64,000 bases of DNA from Mytilus edulis (lineage: Eukaryota): positions 78,678,001 through 78,742,000 of the forward strand of contig NC_092345.1 of assembly GCF_963676685.1 (NCBI RefSeq), given 5' to 3'. The position numbers and the translations under genes were made by a program. Positions 38,004 to 51,824 of the stretch are shown here, in pieces; the first letter of the stretch is position 1, and each line of letters opens with the position of its first letter. Under the pieces are notes generated by a model, which did not search any database, was not told the origin of the DNA, and worked only from the letters and a program-made list of their open reading frames with translations.

Positions 38004-41000
38004 TTAACAACAAGAACAACAACCCGATTTTTGAAGTGGTGGTAAAACATTTTGTTGATATTGTCCTTTTATGTTTCCTGCTGGTCTGTAACAGCCTACA
38101 ACTATTACACGGTTTTTAGCTTTAACTTTACCGAATCCGACTTCTCTGCTATTCTTCCATAAAAGTTGTGTGAAGTGTGTGAAATCTATTTCAATAAAAA
38201 AAAATATGAATTACTTAATAATTAGTTATTATTACATAATTTCATAATATACTACATCACATATACTGAAGATTTGTAAAAAAAAATACATTTAAAAGCC
38301 TTCAAACTAGATACTAGTGACACTTACCAAAAAGCGAAATATTGTGCTTGGATAATATCAGTTTCGTTTAGAGTGAGTTTTTCTTATGTTTTTTTCTAAG
38401 TAGTTCAACTACTAATTTAAAAGACGAGGAGGGAAATGAATAAATATTATATAAGACGCTGATTTTTTATGATTAAAAAATCAATCAATCTGTGCACTGA
38501 AGCATATTTTTTCTCTTGGAGGATAAAATTAAAGATTGGCCTAACTTCATGGATTTGTTTTCGTGAAATTTAACAGTTTCATTGTTTTTAAAGTGGATGA
38601 TCTGGTTATGATAGTTTAAGAAACGCACGGTTCTGAAATCGAGAGGGAGTTTCTCGACTTCATTCTATTTAAAGACGATATTAAATAACTTATTTGACAT
38701 AAATCAGAGAAAATATAGTTGAAAGACCATATATATTCTGGAATTGTTATTTGACTCAGTAGTCATCGTCAAAGACATTGTATTATACTATAACATCATT
38801 GATTTCCCACTCTCATCGACTGTGAAAAAAACAATTATTTTCAATCTAGCAGCTTGAGACGGAAAATTATCGCGCAGAAAGGTCAAGGCGGTAAAATTAA
38901 GAAAAAGGCGATACATAGGTATGGTAACTGTTTATATGTCAACTATAATTATTATCTTAAATACCGTATGAAATATCACGGTATCAAATATTAAAATATT
39001 TTGTGATAATTAATGAAATTTTACAAAAATTAGGGCAAATCTCAGATGAGGTATTTTTTCAAGAATGACTAATACAAATGCTATCGTAAGCGTTTCATTT
39101 GAAACACTTTTCCGTATGTTTTGTAATCACACATTTTGAACAATATCATATACTAGTACCATATTGCATTTAATTCCAATCCCTCAGAGTCCAATCCAGA
39201 GAGAAACAATAAATTAGAAAATGCCTTGCTGGTATCAAAACAAAGCTCACGAGTAATGAGCTTACGGAGGGAAACTGTTAAGAAAAGGAACATTTTGAAT
39301 CTATGATTTGTTTATAAATCCAATTTGTTAAAGACAAAAAGTCATAATAATGCTTTGATTCAATAGATTAGGATTTAAACAAGCCTACTTTTTGGTGAAA
39401 GCAAAATACATGTTTCATACAGTGCCCAGTAAGCTACAACTGATTTGTGGCTTCATGAAAAGGTTTGATTTCAGAACTGATCCGGATTGTAATGAATGTC
39501 GGTAAGGTATATTTGCACTTTACACAATCTATACACAAATCAACTAGATATGAAAGAAACATCTAAAGAATTAAACCCCAAATGTTGTTATCTTCATTCC
39601 AAGAACTCTCCTGAAAGATATGTAAGGCACATGTCAACATGGTCGACCGTTACACAATTATCTGACAGTTTCACGAAATCATGTGATAAGGAGCAGAAGT
39701 TGATGCAGTAATGAGAAAGAAGAATGTCAGAAAAAATTAATAAGTGGAAGATAACACGAATGAACAAATGAACGAAAAAACGAAAGAACAAAAAAATGGA
39801 CGAAATCACTCGCACACACTATATATACCGTGAGTTTCTGAGTGCGCAGCATAAACGATACCAACAAAAAAATAGAACAACTATGAAAGATTAAATAATA
39901 CTTACAATTAGATAAATGATTAATACAAACACCCCCGATGCATATATATATACGCGTAAATAAAAGGCGAACAATATCATTCTATATAATTCAAAACAGG
40001 TGAAAATCATGAGAGAGGGAAAAAGTGCAATTTCTTGTAAAAAAAAATCAGATCTATATTTTCAATCACTTTTTCAAAGATTAAAAGAATTGTCGGCATG
40101 TGTAATTTTTATGAACATAACCCTACCAGAACAGTAATATATCTGAACTGAGACAATAATATAGAAATGGTACAATTCTTTGGTATTCTCAGAGCTCATT
40201 TAGACAGATGAGATTATATGCGGCAATCACTTAACACATGAAGGTCATTGGTAATTATAACTTATTGTTGCGTAGGTGAATAGTTTGCCGTTTATAAAGT
40301 ATTTATAAGGGCAAGTCATTAACCTATACAACATTTTGCAATGTAATTTATTATGCAGTATTGTGTCAATGGCTTATCACTCCCTAGTGTTAATTTAATT
40401 TTCAGTTTTTCGTTCTTTAAGCCCCAAAAAAGTGTGAGATTAATTACAAAGAATGATTTTTGTGAATTACAGGTGGTATTGAATACGTCAATAAGCCACG
40501 AAATGATAATATAATAAAGACACCTAATTTAAAGGTCAACCAAACCCGGTTTCAGCAACAGACAACATATTGGCTATACCATATGAAGAGTTGATTTTCA
40601 AACATGTATCGTGATCCGGGCAAAAAAATCTATAATTAACATATGATTTCCTTTTCGAGCCAGGTTCAACAGAATTTATTGTCTACAAAGCTTCCTTATC
40701 TAAATCAGGGATGGGGTAATTGAAAATGTAAAGGTAATTAAGTGTAATGCATTACAATTTTCCATGTAATTGAATGTAATGTGTAATTGAGCATTTTTTT
40801 AATTACTTGTAATGGTAATTTAATTAATTACAATGAAAAAAGCATGTAATGCTCAATTACTTTTGAATTACATTTCAATTACATGTACTTTTATGGTGTT
40901 TATGATAAGGATTTATGTTTAATAATATAAATTGTAAAATTATATTTATTTTTCAAATAGTGATATCACATACTCTCTGTAATTTGTTCTTAAGTTCTTA

Positions 41001-44000
41001 TATTACTTATTTGACCAACAGAATTTTTTTCTGAATAGTCTTATGATTTGAAAAAATACATATGTTTTTAAGAAAGATCTTTAACTAAATAGATTGAAAA
41101 GTAATAAATCACCATGTTAAACAAAAGCAAAAAACTGTGTGGAATATCTTTATGAGAGTTCATTTAGAATTCAAATTTACTGCACACAATCATATTGTCA
41201 AATTAGTATACACAAAAGGATTATACAGCTGTAAAAACAAACAGCAATTAATCAGATTAAAATGTCCAGGGGCAATGCCACTATTACTTGTATTTTATCT
41301 AATTAGCTAAATATTGCTTAGATATAGACATTATATACATTGTTTGTACTAAAAATTATTTTCAATGTTGTGACAAGCATACCTTTTAATAATTATTATT
41401 CGATTTTTTTAATTTATTTATATTTTTTTATTCATGCTATGTTTTATTTAAATAACTTCATTTCTGAGATGTCAAAATACCCCTTAATGTATTGGCAAGT
41501 TAATGGGAAATAATTTCCTCTTTTATCAACACATCTACTGATTATGGAAGTATAATACCTCTATGTTCTAATCAAGCGATATATGACACATTAGCTCCTA
41601 TAGAAATACTTTTGAGAATGGCTGTCAAAGTGTACAGACCGGAGAGATGTAGACTAAATGACTAAACATTAAAATTACTCATGATTATAAAATGCAACGC
41701 TTAAACTATGCTTACATGAATATTTTACACATACATTATACATACATGTATAATATTGGTTAACAAATATTATGATGAAATGTAATGTGTAATTTAATTA
41801 ATTACTTTAGTAAAGTAATTGTAATTTAATTAATTACATTTCAAAAACTGTGTAATGTGTAATTAGTGTAATTGACCATTTTTGCAATGTAATGTGTAAT
41901 TTAATTAATTACATTCCAATGTAATTGACCCCAAGTCTGTTATCTCTTCATTTTACAGATTTTTATGCTCTTCTGCATTATCAAGTGAATTAAAAGTTAA
42001 ATGAATACTAGTATATGTGCCAATTTGCGAATGACTTGTTGTTGTTCCAACAAAATTTAAATTGCCGACTTAAAATAAAACTGTCCCGAAAAGAAAAAAG
42101 TAAAATCACAAAAGGGATGGAAAGTAAAATCACAAAAATACCGAATACCGAGGAAAAATGAAAACTGAAAGTCCTAATCAAATGTCAAAAACATAATCTC
42201 GTACACATTAAACGAATGAAAAACAACTGTCTATAATAACAAACAAATATGTATAAAAGAAACACAAAAAGGCATATAAACAAAGGAAATTAGTAAAAAT
42301 GAAAGACAAGAATACAAGAATCTACCATAGCACAGTAACACAATGACAGGATGTATTAGTAAAGATACGTCATATTTAATGAAGAAACACAAAAAGGCAT
42401 TCAGACAAAGAACATAAGCAAAAATTAAAAGCAAGAAATCAAAATTTTACCATACCACAATTTAGACTGCCACTGGAAAAAAATGGAATGTTGGAATGGG
42501 ACAGAAATTTTGCCTTGCAAAAAGTCACCTCCTGACTACTCAGATAGTTGTTTCAATGGTTCCTTACCATGCAGATTAAATAGTGTTCACCCGACAAAAG
42601 TTTCCGAAATAAAGTTCCTAAATCAAACAGATGTGGCTGAATATATATACATCCTACACAACCAAAAATATGCCCACTTTAGCTAATCATTTACTCCCAT
42701 ACGGGAAAAATCCAGAGATTACATACTAAATGTCACAATAAACCGTCCAGTTCGTGAAACAATAGGATTTCAATCTTGTCAGGTCTATTTATAAGCATAT
42801 AAATTCTGATCGCTTAACGATGGGGAGACAAAAACGAATGACAACACGTATTCTTCCAAAGGTGGGTTAATAACTCTACTAAAAATATTCATTGAGTGGA
42901 ACAATTAACGTAAACTGTTCCGGTTCTAACTTGTACGAATTCGAGTAGCAAATTGCATCTTCCTGTTTTAATAAAGTCTGTGCGTGTGTATGTTTTAACA
43001 ACAGAACACAAGCATGTGTTGCCTGACAAAAACGAAACATTATAGCAATGGCTGTAGTGTTAACAAGGTTTGAGTTTTGAGAAACTAATGTTTGGGGACA
43101 AGATTTTTTCTTTAAATTGTGTGATTTTTCCATGTACACCAGTTTTACAGCTCGTTTTTTTTTGTGATCCTTGTTACTGTGAACCTTGAACCTAGCTAGA
43201 ATGAGACTGAATTGAAAATTGGGCATCTTTATTGGATTAAAATTCTTCGAAAGGAAAGAGAATCGTACATAGAGCTCAACATTTTTCAAGTTTCCCATAA
43301 AGGCTTTGTGAGATGCAAGTACTTGAGTAAATCAATAAGAAAAAAGTGATTTGTACATATCGTCATTTCATCATTTTGAATAATAGATATGAAAGAAACA
43401 TCTGTGGAAGTAAACCCCAAATATTTACTGAAGTTTCGAATTATGTTCATTCCTTGACTTCCAATGTAAAATTTGTCCTCATGCAAAAATAGTCGACCGT
43501 TCCGCAATTATCTGACAATTTCACATCATTATATCTAATGATTAAGGATGAGAAGTGGATGCAGAAATGAGAAAGAAGAATAGTGGAACCAATAAACTAA
43601 TGAACAACAAACGATTTAATATCAAACAAACGAACGAACAAATTGGTGAAATTCCTCACACACACTATATATCCATTCAGCTTCTTAGAGTGCACAGTCT
43701 TACAAAAACAAAGGACCGCCATGATCGGTAGACTAATAAATACAAACGCAACTTACGCATACGCGTCGAAAGTTTTGAATATCGTTTTATATTTGTAGAA
43801 AATAAACTCATCATAGATACCAGATTAAAATTTGGAATTTGCACCAGACGTGTGTTTCGTCTACAAAAGAGTCATCAGTGACGGTCGAATAAAAAATTTA
43901 AAAAGGCCAAATAAGTACGCAGTTGAAGAGCATAAATGACCAAACATTCCTAAACGTTTTGCCAAATACAGCTAAAATAATTTATTACTGCGGTAGAAAA

Positions 44001-47000
44001 GTCATTGTATTTCAAAAATTCAAAGTTTTTAATATCACCTGTGATTTAAAGAAAAAAGGAAGATAATGATAGAAGGAAAGAGTATGATTTAAGATAGAAT
44101 TTTTTTTTATCATCAATACAGATCTATAATTTCATTCACTAAAATATGTACGTTCGGCACATATTATTTTTATGGAACACAACACTACAAGAAAAGTTAT
44201 ATATCTGAACGGAGAAAACAAGAAGGAAAATTGCACTCTTATTGGGTCTACTTATAGTTCAATCAGACAGATGATACTATATTTTACTAATCAATCATTT
44301 AACATATTGCTGTCATTGACACTTGCTGAATAGGTGATTTGTTAGCCTTTGTATAAAGCATTTGATATATATTTATATATATCACTCAAAAGGGTAAGTA
44401 TGTGAATTACGCAATTTCTAACGATGTAATACACTACTGAACACTGGAAGTGTGTGGTCAATGACCGATCACACCTTTGTGTTAATTTCATTCGTACTTT
44501 TTCATACTTTTAGCCAAAAAAGATTTTTGTGAATTACAGGTGATATTGAAAACGTCAAAAAGCCACGACCTAGTAACATAAAAAAGACCAATAACTTAAA
44601 GATCAATCAAACACTGTTTTGAGCAACAAACAACATATTAGCTTTACCATATATTGAATAATTTAAAAATAAGTATCGTGGTCCAATCTTATATGGCATG
44701 CTAATATATAATTTACTTTTCGTGCCGAGTTTATTATTCTTATTTAATTTTACAGAATTGTGTTCACTTTTACCTAATTAAGTCAAATTTGTGAATATGT
44801 TGCGGATTTGGAATTATTTGTTATTATAACAACAAAAGTTATCTTCCCGATTAAACAAAAAACTAGCGCGAAAAGATTGTTAAGATGTGTACCAAAATAT
44901 AGTTTGTTCGTAATTTATATGTTAAATATAAAAAAGAAGATGTGGTATGATTGCCAATGAGACAACTATCCACAAAAGACCAAAATTACACAGACATTAA
45001 CAACTATAGGTCACCGTATGGCTTTCAACAATGAGCAAAACCCATACCGCATAGTCAGCTATAATAGGCCACGATAAGACCATGTAAAACAATTCAAACG
45101 AGAAAACTAACGGCCTTATTTATGTACAAAAATGAACGAAAAACAAATATCTAACACATAAACAAACGACAACCACTGAATTACAGGCTCCTAACAGGCA
45201 CATACATAAATAATGTGGTGGGGTTAAACATGTTAGCGGGATCCCAACCCTCCCCCTAACCTGGGACAGTGGTATAACAGTACACTATAAATGTATATTT
45301 GTGAGAAAATCTTAGATCCTGCCTCTTTAAGCTTACTTCGTTTTTAAAATTTAGCGGAGACTAATATATGTGGTCGTCAAAATCACTTTAATATAAAAGA
45401 AGGTAACCATTAATTAGATTCATAAATAGGTGCAACACATGCCAAATGTAAGAGTAAACTTGTTTTTGTTCAACCTTCTCCCTTTTCTTTTCTTATAGCA
45501 GAACCACAAAAGGTAACTACACGATAGATTAACAGCCACCTCAAATAGCACGTAACTCAATAAATACAAGTAAAATAGACGACAAAATCACACTAACAAG
45601 TATATCAGTAATGAATTCGAATGTATTGAGAATTCAGTTGAATTAATGAACAACAAATATATATTTTTGTAAAATGCTCAAAGTAATTCGTTTATATTTT
45701 ATAACACTGTATTGCGAGCTTTTATTTGTGTTTAGTTTATTAGTTGATAGAAACATAGTTTGATCAAAAGTTATATTTTCAACTAGAGTTGTTGTAATTT
45801 TCACTTCTCTTTAACTTTAAAAGTATTGGTTAATAAAGGCAACAGACGTATATCGCTGTTCAAAAGTCATAAATCGATTGAGAGACAACAAAACTGGGTT
45901 TCTAACTACAACCGAGGGAAACACATCAATTATAAGAGGAAAACAACGAAACAACAGAACACTGAAGTGCAACAAAAAACAAACGACAATGCAACATACA
46001 TAGAAACGAACAATTAGATAGCAACTTGACATATTCCTTCTACTTGTCGTATGAGTTTTTAATGACCCTTTGGTAATTAATGCCTGCTTTTAGAAATAAC
46101 GAATCACGATTCTACTTTAATGATGGTTAACGTTCCCCTTTTCATACAGAATTCGACCCGCGGATTACATCGAATGATAATCAGGGGCTATTGGTTGCTT
46201 GAAATACACCAATAAAGATTTATCTTATTTATGGTAATATTCATATATACATTCATTTCACTCAATGTTGTATTTTCTTACTTTTTACATCCGGATTTTT
46301 CAGCTCTGATGGTGGTTCTTTATCAAAATAATTTCTATAGTACTCAATTTCATCATACCAGTCTGTAGTAACTTCTTCTCCTATAGTATAAAACAAATGA
46401 GTTATCAATGGAAAAGAATCTCTGAGCTGAGTAATTACTAGAAATCACAAACCAAATACAAATAAAAACTCATCAAAGATACCTGGGTTATAATTTAGTT
46501 CACTAGACGCGTTTCGTCTACTTGTGAGTAATCAGTGGTACTGGACTCGAAACAGTTGGAAGACCAATTCAATGTACGAAGCTAAAAACCATTAAAGACC
46601 AATGAATTCAAAAGTTTGTGCTAATCGACAAATGTTTATGTGAATGGAGTAGAAAAAATATTTTGTGTTTCGAATAGTTCTACATCTTATCAACAGTTAA
46701 TGCACAGATAATTAATGTATCAATGACATTTCATATCTACACAGAAGCGCTGACAAATTGGCTGGTAATACCCTCAGGGTCCACCAGTGACCTCATCGGC
46801 ATCACAAAGTTAAAAAAAAAACCACAGGCTTAAAATTTGATATGCCATACGCTTGCTTCGTATACAAAATTTCAATTCTGGTATCTATGATGAGTTTATT
46901 TACGAAAGTCTTACGTAAGGGCAATCGAATAAAAATAGTTTGAAAAACAAATCAAATATGAAGTTAACTAAAAACTCCGTTTCCTGCATTTGGAAGAATT

Positions 47001-48279
47001 TGGATTTCATTTTTTTGAATTCCACTTTTGTATCTTCCGCCTATCTTTAGAATTATTCGCATAAGATGGAATCGATGAGAAGATGTTACTATATTTCGCT
47101 AGTATGCGTAGTTCAAACTACAGAATATAGAAGTAAATTTTGAATGTCTTAATGTGCGATGGACATGTGCATTTGGCATGTGTTATGTATGAGAGATGTA
47201 TAAGTACACAATTGAGAGGTAAGTAAAACATTGGTAATATTTTTAGATATACAATAGAAATACAACTATATATTTTCATAATATAGCAGCATCTTTGGGC
47301 ATGTGTTTCATATCTCCGGGTATGTCATACAAAATTATGTCTGTAGGTAGGACATATATATATATATTGATTTTCCCCCTAATGTGGTAAATATTTTCCC
47401 TCAACCTTCCGTTGGTATTAAATGTGTTTAATGTTTAAATTGCATAACCAAGTCTAACAATGTTTAGCCCAACGATGCTCTGTATGTATGATGTTAAATT
47501 TTGAGGATTTCAGATCAGTATACTTAGTAAAGTAACAACTTCCCATTGGGTGAAATATACAAATGAAGAATAAACAAAATCATTTTCAACTACAGAGACA
47601 GTATTCAAACCATCTTCGTTTGTCTAATATACAAACTTCACAAAACGTTTATATTTTACATACAATAAATAAAATGTGCTGAATTAAGTTTAATTAATTG
47701 ATATTTTGTTAAATTCAATTAATCTAAACCCGATGATCTTATAACTACTTTGTTATTTTACAATTGGAATTTCGTTTCCGAATTTTCGTCTGTAACTTAA
47801 TATAAACTACAAACGTCGTGCATTTGAAAAAGGTATACAAAACCTGAAAACTGTATTTCAAATGTCTATAAGACCTCGACTGCGAATTTCCTTGGAATAT
47901 ACAAGGTATATATTTTACCATTGTTTTTGTTTATCTTCAATGATAAAAGTTGCTATACATTTAAATTCCAAAAAGGTATTCAAATTTTGTCTGAATTCTG
48001 GGGTTTACCTGAGTAATCTTGGTCTCGTGTTAATATCTTTACAGCCGTATTTTCTCCAAGTGCATTCTCGAGTCTGTCCTTAGTAAGTCGACCCCTTAGG
48101 TCTTTGTTTCTTGTAGAAATATAAAATGCTATTTTATGGGCTAGTTCACTGAGATCTTCTGCGTGTGTTAGAGGTTGACAGTTATGGACTAATCTATATT
48201 TGTTATGGGTATTTAACGCATCTGACAAGAATTCATCTTTAAGATTTACATCCACATATACACTGTTCTTGTTCCCCAT
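38004..48279 (-). CDS. GAPR-1/GLIPR2-like CAP protein, paralog B, 3 coding exons, 183 aa
   Basis: Exons 48279-48009, 46380-46282, 38185-38004 (552 nt, same phases as paralog A). Motifs HNKYRLVH, GENTA, WYDEI, HFTQLLWKNSREVGFG, VVGCYRPAGN; ends GCCSCC*. Confidence 0.87.
40706..41939. mobile_element. Non-autonomous DNA transposon (hAT-like termini) with TGTAAT/ATTACA-rich subterminal repeats
   Basis: CAGGGATGGGGTAATT ... AATTGACCCCAAGTCTG imperfect TIRs; absent from the duplicated copy near 44735. No clean TSD. Confidence 0.7.
43800..44030 (-). mobile_element. Retrozyme family 1 copy with damaged hammerhead (43841-43884)
   Basis: Minus strand ccgtca-CTGATGA-ctct tttgt agac-GAAA-cacacg-TC-tggtgc; first stem II pair broken and palindrome lost. 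Confidence 0.75.
44928..45290 (+). repeat. Dispersed repeat family A, best-preserved copy
   Basis: Multi-copy in the window (see 466-730). Confidence 0.85.
46460..46870 (-). mobile_element. Eroded retrozyme family 1 monomer with inactivated hammerhead (46501-46540)
   Basis: Minus strand gtacca-CTGATTA-ctcacaagtagac-GAAA-cgcg-TC-tagtg; a second hammerhead remnant lies ~340 nt away at ~46845. Confidence 0.65.
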
Positions 48280-48787
48280 TTCTCATGATCAGAACTACAA
48301 AAACAATCAAAAACAGTGTTTGTTTATTTCAAACATTTTTATATGTCTGTCATAATATAATGCTCCTGTACAAATATTCTTAGTTTTCTCGTTTGAATTG
48401 TTTTACATTGTCATATCGGGGCCTTTTATAGCTGACTATGTGGTATAGGCTTTGCTCATTGTAGAAGCCGTACGTTGACCTATAGTTGTAAATGTCTGTG
48501 TCATTTTGGTCTCTTGTGGATAGTTGTCTCATTGGCAATCATACTACATCTTCTTTTTTATATTCAAAGAAATAAATAGCACACATTATTTAAGTCGTTT
48601 TAATTAGTTCGTATGCTGTGCTGTAACACTATTATCACATGCTAAAATCAGGCATGTGTACTGACAAATATATAATGTAGGCACACCCTTTACAAATTTA
48701 CATGAATTTTGTGTTATGTTTGTTGTTGCTTTTCGTTAGTCTAAATCAACTTTCTGTAACTGTCATTAACATAAATTGCTCTTACTA

Positions 48788-49060
48788 TAAAAAGTAAATT
48801 CACAAAAGTACTGAACTCCGAGGAAAATTCAAATAAGAAAGTCCCTAATCAAATGTCAAAATCAAAAGCTCAAACACATCAAACGATGTGACATTCCTGA
48901 CTTGGTACAGGCATTTTCTTATGTAGAAATTAAAATCGTGGATTGAACCTGGTTTTATAGCTAGCTAAACCTCCCACTTGTATGACAGTTGCATCAAATT
49001 CCATTACATAGACAACGATGCGTGAACAAAACAAACAGACAAGAAATAAAAATGTCAAAA
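48788..49060 (+). repeat. Dispersed repeat family D (AAAAGTAAAATCACAAAAATAC..CCGAGGAAAA..CTAATCAAATGTCAAAA)
   Basis: Second copy starts at ~42095; carries a CCTGACTTGG.ACA motif also seen in family B. Confidence 0.7.
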
Positions 49061-49516
49061 TATACGATAAGGATTCTACTATTTCTTAAAGGATAAATGC
49101 TGACCTGCAATTGGTTACATAATCTGTCTTTTTGTGAATAGGTATATCATTGTAAATTACCGCAGTGCTTTGGACGAATGACTATAACGTGTTGTTTTCA
49201 TTGTCTTACAGCACTGGGTCGATTCCTCTGAAGGTGGACTATCAGTCTGGCTCAATAGTCTATACTTCTGTTCTGATATGACAAACCTTTCTAAAACTGT
49301 TCGTTTATATTCTTTTTAGATCATAAGAAACTAATGTTACAAATCTCTGAAGCAAAGTTAATCTTCGGATGTATGAGATTTGTAACGTGTTGTTTTCATT
49401 ATTTGTTTGTATATAACATTTTAAATATAGGGAACTCAAAAGGACATGTTAGGAGCTATACGACTTAAAAGGACTTACATAGTACAACCAAATGCATGAT
49501 AGGTTAGCTTTGCTAG

Positions 49517-49690
49517 ATTTGCTTACCCTTTCGGAGCACCTCCAGTTTTTGATGGGGTTCGTGTCTCTCGATATTTTGTTTTCTTTGTTGTGTTTTGCAT
49601 GCTGTTGTTTGTATGTCTTTTAGTTTTGGTCATGGCTTTATCAGTTTATTTTTGACAAATGGGTTTGAATGTCCCTCTGGTACTGAGATC
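49517..49690 (+). mobile_element. Isolated 3' region of the Penelope-like family
   Basis: TGCTTACCCTTTCGGAGCACCT..GTTTTTGATGGGGTTCGTGT matches the reverse complement of ~35200-35262. Confidence 0.65.
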
Positions 49691-51824
49691 ATAGGATCTA
49701 CCTTCATGCTCCTTCGTAATTTTTACTTTTGATATATTTGTCTTTCATATCTACACACAGCCAGTACATTAATCACACATCACAACCAATTTCAATAGAT
49801 CAAACATTTCGCTTAATTCTTTCATAGATTAAAATACTTGGTTTTGAAGTTGGCTGTATCTGTATAAACGGGATATCACTTCTCATTTACAACAAAGGTG
49901 TTGTTTAAAGTGCCCGTAAATTTAGATACGACCAACGTACACTTATAAATTCTTTTAATAAACTTTTTACAGCACAAGGTCATAGTTTTTTCAGATTGTT
50001 TATGATGTCTTCTGTTTGATACTTTTGCTTGGGAGAACATGATTTATAAATTGGTTGTAATTGGCTTTGAACTAATTTTTATTAATTCAAGTATTCTAAG
50101 TTAGGTACGTTGTGCCTTTTATTTAAGTTGTGTTGTGCTAAGAATCAATCAAACTATTGAGTTAAGCCATTTCTAAAAGTCACCAGTGTCTGAGAAGACA
50201 GTTGATGTACCAGGGGTATGTCAAAGAACGCCTCGTCCTTTTTCTAATAAAATGTTCATCGGAAGGTAACAAGACCTTGTTGATAAATATTCCGTATCAA
50301 CTTCACAAATTATACACTATGGTCTTGAAGTGTTTTTTATAATACATTTTCCTTCTAATTATTTGTTTACATCCTTGTTTTCAAAATTCCAATAGGGAAC
50401 ATACCTTTTATAATTGTATAAATAAACCAATTGTAATTGGCTTTGAACTAATTTTTATTAATTACTAATATATATTTGTTTACAGTTTACTATCATGGTG
50501 TGTTGTCACCAGGTATCAACATTTTCACTTCTCTACGCGTCTGTCCTTAGTCAGTAGTTGTCTTGGTTGCCGTCTATCATATTTGGTTGTTTTTGTTTCA
50601 AAAAAGCATTACTCATTATGTTTTGTTTGATTGTGTTGATTTTTCTCCTTGTAGAAGGGCGGACAGTGACGTAAAATTGCTTATATCCAAGCCTGCTTGT
50701 GACTGACGGATAGTTTTTTTTTCATAAGCAATAATACCACATCTTATTTTTTCTAAATATTTACTTAATTTGTAGATTATTATGAGGTGAGTATTGTCAC
50801 AAGCATTCTTCTGAATATTCTTAACCTCGCTGATATTTTTATTTTGTCTATGAATATCTAGAAAACAATTCCGCGCCAGAACCAGGGGCCTTTTTGAACA
50901 GCCACTTAAGATGAATATTGTTGTTCGGCGTTGAAGACACCACTGTTACTCTCAGATGAAGAGCAAAAATAATAGAACTGGTTTGTTTTACTTTAGAAGT
51001 ATAAATTTGGTTAAATAAATAAGTACATTAAACTCCTTTCTTTTGCAACAAAAAGGGATGTCTTCATAACTAATGACTATTAAACATGTTAAAGAAATAA
51101 AGAAGTTGAGGCAAATACGAACAAGTTGAATTTCGGATTACATAAACAGTATGTCCTACAGTCGCTTTCTATGACAACGTATGTACCATTAACAACGGTA
51201 AGCAACCTTTTGCATTGTAACGTTACGTTACATAAATAATCAATGTTAAACCACGCGTTTTTTTTTATGAATTTAGTCATTTTAATGCAAACTGACGATG
51301 TTTTATGTATCTAAAACATTTATGATACTAGTAATTAATACTACTTACAAGTTTGTTAATGTGGTTTCCCATGTTAAATATTCTATAATAACTATTACTT
51401 TCAATGGTAAACTGCACTCTTTGTTTTCAAAATCATTAATACAATGACTTTAAATTCATTCATTTGTTTTAAATGTTAAAGACCGTATATCAGATGGCAA
51501 AGTTTCATTTAAAAATGACTTATTTCCCTTTCCATATCAGTTTTAAAATTTAAATACATTCATGTTACCTTACAAAGTATTATAGAAATACTTCTATTGT
51601 CCGACCTTAGGTTTTCAGTGTAAGAGACGCGAATGTGATTAATTGTAAACATGTTTAGATGTAGTACATTTATTATCCTATAGAGTTCCATATATTTTTT
51701 CTCTGCAACACAGTCTTTTATTTAAAAATTCCTGTTTACTTCTGATAAGCTTATGTTATCTTTTCCTGTCAAAATGTGACAAATTGTCATTACTTTATAC
51801 TAGTATCTCATTTTTGATTGGTTT

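Larger units (their letters stand above)
39500..44875. repeat. Intronic duplication (~39500-42090 vs ~43350-44875)
   Basis: Collinear matches AGATATGAAAGAAACATCT, ATATCTGAAC, TTGTGAATTACAGGTG, GTATCGTG, CCGAAAAGA/GCGAAAAGA; each copy has a private insertion. Confidence 0.75.

Noticed and set aside
42460-43510. 139-aa and 73-aa minus-strand ORFs
   Set aside because: No domain motifs or splice-consistent partners; they lie in repeat-like or duplicated intronic DNA.
50055-50464. 33-bp direct repeat TTGTAATTGGCTTTGAACTAATTTTTATTAATT about 375 nt apart as another retrozyme
   Set aside because: Spacing is similar, but no hammerhead core was found on either strand between the repeats.
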